DNA from: a virus | DNA length: 64,000 bases | Reading direction: 5' to 3' (one strand) | IMG/VR virus record: IMGVR_UViG_3300000295_000002 | Location: 19,700-83,699 of that record | Part shown: positions 60,205 through 64,000 of the stretch, one piece after another | Numbering within the stretch: position 1 is the stretch's first letter | How the letters are laid out: each line of letters starts with the position of its first letter | Notes under the pieces: model-generated | Told to the model about the DNA's origin: nothing | The model's database searches: none | Seen by the model: the letters and a program-made list of their open reading frames with translations, nothing else | Position numbers and translations under genes: made by a program

Positions 60205-60622
60205 TAGAGCTTGGAAAAAAGATGGCTATACTATTAGCCGTCTTTACGTTGATGGAGAGTTGTTCGGATGCAATACTCTTGAAGATGCTGATAGAGGATT
60301 GCGCCAAGATATGCAACTTGAAGAAATCAAGAAGAAAAAGGTGTACGGGCAGACTGCAATACCACGCGGCAGTTATGAATGCGTATATACCTACTCTAAC
60401 AGATTCAAGAAGATGTTGCCATTACTTCTGAATGTCAAAGGATTTGAAGGAATACGCATACATAGCGGTAATTCTTCAAAAGACACTGAGGGGTGTATTC
60501 TTATCGGTAAAAACGATAAGAAAGGATGGGTTAGCGATTCTCGATTTTGGACAAACAAGCTCATTCAGACTATGAAGACAGCTTGGGATAAAAAGGAAAA
60601 AGTAACGATTGTAATTCAGTAG
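60188..60622 (+). CDS. putative cell-wall hydrolase / endolysin (DUF5675- or YkuD-like)
   Basis: ORF 60161..60622, with a likely start at MEVLIDR. IRIHSGNSSKDTEGCILIG resembles an L,D-transpeptidase-fold active site (H...GC). Confidence 0.5.
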   Translation: MEVLIDRAWKKDGYTISRLYVDGELFGCNTLEDADRGLRQDMQLEEIKKKKVYGQTAIPRGSYECVYTYSNRFKKMLPLLLNVKGFEGIRIHSGNSSKDTEGCILIGKNDKKGWVSDSRFWTNKLIQTMKTAWDKKEKVTIVIQ

Positions 60623-60625
60623 CTT

Positions 60626-61222
60626 ATGAAACTGATTGATAAGATAACAAGGGTTGTAATTGCCATTGCAGTAGCAATGCTGATTCTATCAATGTTCTGT
60701 AGATGTAAGGCGAAAGAACGTGTGATAGAAAAACAGTCATACATCACAGATAAACGTAACGAGGCTAAGTGGGATTCACTCTTCAACGCAAGGCTTGTAA
60801 AGGAGCTGGAATCATACAGAGCATCGCACAAGGAATCCGTGAAGTCAACTACGAAAGAGAAGACACATATCAAGGATAGTACAGCTTCGAAGTATGACGC
60901 GAACGGCAACAAGGTTGGTGAGGATAAATTTCACTACGAATATCACGAAATATCACATGAAGACGTACAGATACTGAGAGATAGTATTTCTAGTCTTAAG
61001 GAATACAAGGATAGTGCTGCGATATATCATAGCAAGTGTGACTCCTTAATCTCAACGATAAGCGAAATATCGAAAGATAAAGTATATGTAGAGAAGCAAC
61101 TATCAAAGACAGATAAAGCTTTCTTGAATATAGGTAAGATAGCGTCAGTTTGTCTTTTTATAGGTATTCTTGCATTTTTAGGTTGGATATACTGGAAGCT
61201 AAAACTACACAAACGTTCTTAG
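60626..61222 (+). CDS. spanin-like protein (N- and C-terminal hydrophobic segments)
   Basis: 198 aa. N-terminal VVIAIAVAMLILSMFC and C-terminal VCLFIGILAFLGWIYW. Position after the lysin gene fits. Confidence 0.4.
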   Translation: MKLIDKITRVVIAIAVAMLILSMFCRCKAKERVIEKQSYITDKRNEAKWDSLFNARLVKELESYRASHKESVKSTTKEKTHIKDSTASKYDANGNKVGEDKFHYEYHEISHEDVQILRDSISSLKEYKDSAAIYHSKCDSLISTISEISKDKVYVEKQLSKTDKAFLNIGKIASVCLFIGILAFLGWIYWKLKLHKRS

Positions 61223-61261
61223 TTTTTTTTCTAATGTTTTTGTTTTGTTATTAGTTGATTT

Positions 61262-61305
61262 ATAAACAAAAAAGGGGTGACCGCACGCGATGTGCAGCCA
61301 CCCCT
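61262..61305 (-). terminator. intrinsic terminator of the leftward block
   Basis: AGGGGTG...CACCCCT hairpin with inner GCAC/GTGC pairing. On the minus strand it is followed by TTTTTTG. Confidence 0.55.
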
Positions 61306-61328
61306 AAACATATAATAATGCACAGAAG

Positions 61329-61814
61329 TTATTCGTCAGCCAGAATAAAAGAGATTCCATACTTTTCAGTATAGTAATTCTCGTTTTTCACACGTATTGT
61401 TTGCGAATCGTAATATAATACAGTTTTGTCAACAGTTTCATAGAAATAACCATACTTTTGCCTAAGATGATACATTGCATTTTGTATGCGCTTTGGAGTG
61501 ATACGAACTTTATATTTTGTATTTTGTTCTAGACCACTTCTTACACGCCACGATTCCATCTTTCTTGTATGAGTAATCTTCTTGCTCAATTTAGAATAGT
61601 CGTATGATTTTCTACCAGAAGACCTTCGTTGTCTTACGTATTCATCTATTCTTTTCTGTGTTTCTTCGGTGTGCCTAAGATGATTCTTTGCAGCACACCG
61701 AATTATAGTAGTCTTGGCAAATCCTGTAATCTCTGCTATTTCCCTTGAAGACATCGTTGGATATAACTCAATTACTTTCTCTGTAAGACCTTTTACTTTA
61801 GAGTACCATACCAT
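61329..61814 (-). CDS. HTH-containing protein
   Basis: 161 aa. MSSREIAEITGFAKTTIIRCAAKN is HTH-like. Confidence 0.55.
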   Translation of the reverse strand: MVWYSKVKGLTEKVIELYPTMSSREIAEITGFAKTTIIRCAAKNHLRHTEETQKRIDEYVRQRRSSGRKSYDYSKLSKKITHTRKMESWRVRSGLEQNTKYKVRITPKRIQNAMYHLRQKYGYFYETVDKTVLYYDSQTIRVKNENYYTEKYGISFILADE

Positions 61815-61817
61815 AAA

Positions 61818-62153
61818 CTAACGGTTATCACCGCTACCATGCAACTTTCCTCTTAATTGGCGAGAGTGAAGTTTGTCATAGTTCATTTTTCCTATATCAC
61901 TAAGTTTGAATCCAATATCGCGAGAAAGTGTTGCGCAATACCATAGTACATCACCAATCTCTTTAGCAATTTCCAACTTCTTTTCATCTGTAAAAACAGA
62001 ATTGTTATCACGCAACACTTTCTTAACCTTATCGGAAACTTCACCAGCTTCACCTGTCAATCCCAATGTAGGATAAATGATAGGGTTAGGATAAATAGCA
62101 GTCTCTAGAGCTAACTGCTGATACTCGTCTAATGTTAAATTGTTATTTTCCAT
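61818..62153 (-). CDS. mazG: MazG-like nucleoside triphosphate pyrophosphohydrolase
   Basis: LGLTGEAGEVSDKVKKVLRD...EIGDVLWYCATL is the EAGE...E..DxLWY signature. Confidence 0.85.
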   Translation of the reverse strand: MENNNLTLDEYQQLALETAIYPNPIIYPTLGLTGEAGEVSDKVKKVLRDNNSVFTDEKKLEIAKEIGDVLWYCATLSRDIGFKLSDIGKMNYDKLHSRQLRGKLHGSGDNR

Positions 62154-62168
62154 TTTAATATTTAAAGT

Positions 62169-62297
62169 TTAAAATTCATGTTTCTTGCAAACCTTATCAC
62201 AAGATGTTTCGCAATCTTTTTTGTAGCACCATCCATTGCCTAAGATGTCTTCGCATCCCATCCAAAGACAGTTACCACAACATCTTTCTTCTTTCAT
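62169..62297 (-). CDS. small Cys-rich protein (42 aa)
   Basis: Hand-translated: MKEERCCGNCLWMGCEDILGNGWCYKKDCETSCDKVCKKHEF. ATGA overlap with 62294..62560. Confidence 0.4.
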   Translation of the reverse strand: MKEERCCGNCLWMGCEDILGNGWCYKKDCETSCDKVCKKHEF

Positions 62298-62560
62298 ACG
62301 CTGTACTGTTTTAATCTTTCTGCACTACGCTGAATATCTTTTAGCTTGAACGGATGCTTCTTATTGAGCTTTACCAATTCGTTAATAAGCTTACGAGCGT
62401 CCCATCGTGTTGTCAATTTTTTCGCCTTAGAGATGCGGTGGTCTAAAATAAAACCATGCCCCAAATCATGTATTTCTATTCTAGTTCTCCAATACAAGTT
62501 AGTCCAAGGAATATATGTTCTAGCTTGCTTCATTATCTTCTTTGCTAATCTAATCTTCAT
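62294..62560 (-). CDS. hypothetical basic protein
   Basis: 88-aa ORF. Confidence 0.55.
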   Translation of the reverse strand: MKIRLAKKIMKQARTYIPWTNLYWRTRIEIHDLGHGFILDHRISKAKKLTTRWDARKLINELVKLNKKHPFKLKDIQRSAERLKQYSV

Positions 62561-62742
62561 TTCTCACCTCCTTCATAAATGCTATATAAACAATATGTAT
62601 AATATCCCAAGAACAAGCCAAACAAAAAACATCTTGTCACTTCATAAACAGATGGATTAAGGATTGTTCCAACGAGAATATATCCCATCATCATGCAGGA
62701 AAAGACTATAATGAGTATCCTATATGTTCTTTTCTTCATCAT
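62557..62742 (-). CDS. small membrane protein
   Basis: ORF 62557..62808. Start taken at MMKKRTYRIL. Two hydrophobic helices. Confidence 0.45.
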   Translation of the reverse strand: MMKKRTYRILIIVFSCMMMGYILVGTILNPSVYEVTRCFLFGLFLGYYTYCLYSIYEGGEK

Positions 62743-63121
62743 TTTTCTCACCTTCCTTTCTGTCGAACTTGTTTCCACAAATACAATCATACTTACATAC
62801 GGCAACAAGATTTAAATCAAACTCATCTTCTCCTTTAATAGAAGCTTTGAATCCACAACCTTCATAGCCAACCTCATAGATTACTGAGTAATCCTTTGTT
62901 AAAAGGTCATGTTCCCATACCTCCACACCATTCTTGTCTTTCATTCCTGTGAACTGGCAGACAGTAACAGGGTCAATTTCATGAAGCGTTGCACCGCCTG
63001 CTTCTACGATACCTATAGTAGTTTTGCTAAGTGCAGGAATCTTCATTACAACAAAGCTTCCGATTATCCATTCTCCGTTGTCAAGACGTTTTGCCTTAAA
63101 CTTTATGTTTTCTGGTTTCAT
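62720..63121 (-). CDS. YopX-family protein
   Basis: NGEWIIGS...VCQFTGMKDKNGVEVWEHDLL matches the YopX signature. Confidence 0.8.
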   Translation of the reverse strand: MKPENIKFKAKRLDNGEWIIGSFVVMKIPALSKTTIGIVEAGGATLHEIDPVTVCQFTGMKDKNGVEVWEHDLLTKDYSVIYEVGYEGCGFKASIKGEDEFDLNLVAVCKYDCICGNKFDRKEGEKNDEEKNI

Positions 63122-63205
63122 ATTTATATGTTTATATAAAGTCTAAATAGACTGTTGTTTTTACTTTATTAACTTTGTTATTGTTATTGTTATTAAAATA
63201 ATCAC

Positions 63206-63337
63206 TACCTTTGCACTCGAATCATTTAGAGTATCAAACTCTGTTAAGGTAAACCTCTAGCCAAACATTAACAAATAAAACAATGGAACAGCAATGAGAT
63301 TTACAAAGCCCCTTAGTTGCCGCTTAGGGGCTTTTTC
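63206..63337 (+). ncRNA. candidate small RNA / leader (promoter box to terminator)
   Basis: TACCTTTG box at 63206-63213. Hairpin AGCCCCT (63307-63313) / AGGGGCT (63326-63332) followed by TTTTT. No ORF. Confidence 0.3.
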
Positions 63338-63408
63338 GTGTACCGCAGTTTAGAGGTTTTGCGGTATTCCAGCTATCGAATGGTAGTGAACTTAACATTG
63401 TTTGATTA

Positions 63409-63525
63409 TGACAAATGATTCAAAAACAAACGGGAAACGTCTAATCTTTCGTCCTTACGTTGTTAGGGATGGTAAGATTATCCGTCCTAAGCACGGAGGT
63501 TGTCTAGCCTTTTGGGTTGACGATT
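63409..63525 (+). CDS. small basic peptide (38 aa)
   Basis: Hand-translated: MTNDSKTNGKRLIFRPYVVRDGKIIRPKHGGCLAFWVDD. Followed by the GGGGTAG...CTACCCC hairpin and a T-run. Confidence 0.3.
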
Positions 63526-63563
63526 AAATTTCCTATTTGTGGGGTAGCGGCAACTACCCCTTT

Positions 63564-63755
63564 TTATTTTAATTCTACCGGTTCATCATCCCAAGATAAT
63601 TCCCTTCCGATGAGTTTCTTAATGCTACCACTACAAAGAGAAATCTCAGTAAATGTATCTTTCCAACCATAATAGTTATCTTCATCCGTCACTCTTATTG
63701 GCTTACACATTGAGATAAATTCTCTTCCTTGTTTTGTTACTGCTACCCATGCCAT
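63564..63755 (-). CDS. hypothetical protein
   Basis: 63-aa ORF. Confidence 0.5.
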   Translation of the reverse strand: MAWVAVTKQGREFISMCKPIRVTDEDNYYGWKDTFTEISLCSGSIKKLIGRELSWDDEPVELK

Positions 63756-63757
63756 AA

Positions 63758-64000
63758 CTATTTCTCCACTTTTACACCGAACGGAGTTCCGTCGGCAAAT
63801 AACAAATTCTTAAAGCTATTTTCAAATGTCTCATCTTCATATCCACGGAAGTGACAGCCATTAGTAACTAAGCATGTAAATGCACGATGTGTTTGATAAT
63901 TAGCAAAGTACTTATCTTTAACAACACCAAACGGCTGATGCTTTAACATTTCTTGCCAGCACTCTTCTGCATCCTTGAATGGACGGTACTTTGGTTCTGG
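63758..64000 (-). CDS. hypothetical protein, probably truncated by the right window edge
   Basis: The frame of ORF 63758..63949 stays open upstream to position 64000 (…PEPKYRPFKDAEECWQEMLKHQPFG…). Confidence 0.45.
   Translation of the reverse strand, partial: PEPKYRPFKDAEECWQEMLKHQPFGVVKDKYFANYQTHRAFTCLVTNGCHFRGYEDETFENSFKNLLFADGTPFGVKVEK

Noticed and set aside
1-64000. Stop-codon reassignment (as in some gut phages with suppressor tRNAs)
   Set aside because: Very long ORFs (1873, 1369 and 885 aa) are intact in the standard code. The readable tRNA anticodons are TTG, CAT and GTT, none of which is a suppressor anticodon.
1-64000. CRISPR array, reverse transcriptase (retron or DGR), or known defence-system genes
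   Set aside because: There are no regularly spaced repeat-spacer arrays. No ORF shows RT (YxDD), Cas-like or other defence signatures that I can recognise.

Overview
The whole 64 kb window reads as a temperate, long-tailed (siphovirus-like) phage or prophage of a Bacteroidota host. No host flank is visible. The host assignment rests on the many TAnnTTTG -7 promoter boxes and the low G+C content. From left to right the window contains: (1) a minus-strand cluster of six tRNA or tRNA-like genes at 250-1718, three canonical (Gln-TTG, CAT, Asn-GTT) and three with tRNA-like acceptor, D and T arms (the 250-340 T loop is atypical) but an abnormal, enlarged anticodon region. (2) A lysogeny module at 1798-4541 with an Xis-like HTH, a divergent pair of HTH regulators and a tyrosine integrase. 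(3) A long leftward block of small early or accessory genes at 4596-20423. It includes a multi-HTH protein, KilA-N, an antirepressor, a secreted protein, a serine recombinase and a 700+ aa beta-clamp-like fusion protein. (4) A roughly 2 kb ORF-free control region at 20424-22393 full of repeats and promoters. (5) A rightward block of small genes at 22394-29034. (6) A leftward head and tail operon at 40829-29243 (scaffold, capsid, connectors, major tail protein, 1873-aa tape measure). (7) A rightward operon from 40971 carrying an intein-containing large terminase, the portal, a 1369-aa tail hub/Tal-like protein and fibre-like proteins. (8) A lysis-like cassette at 59689-61222. (9) A final leftward block with MazG and YopX. 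The most unusual signals are: the terminase intein, which lacks a residue-1 nucleophile; the non-canonical tRNA-like genes and a 49-nt mini tRNA-like element; a G+C-rich ORF-free structured element at 7850-8160; a conserved ~25-nt spacer repeat between unrelated small genes next to the serine recombinase; and repeat or sRNA-like features in the control region. All protein calls come from motif recognition by eye. No database search was possible.
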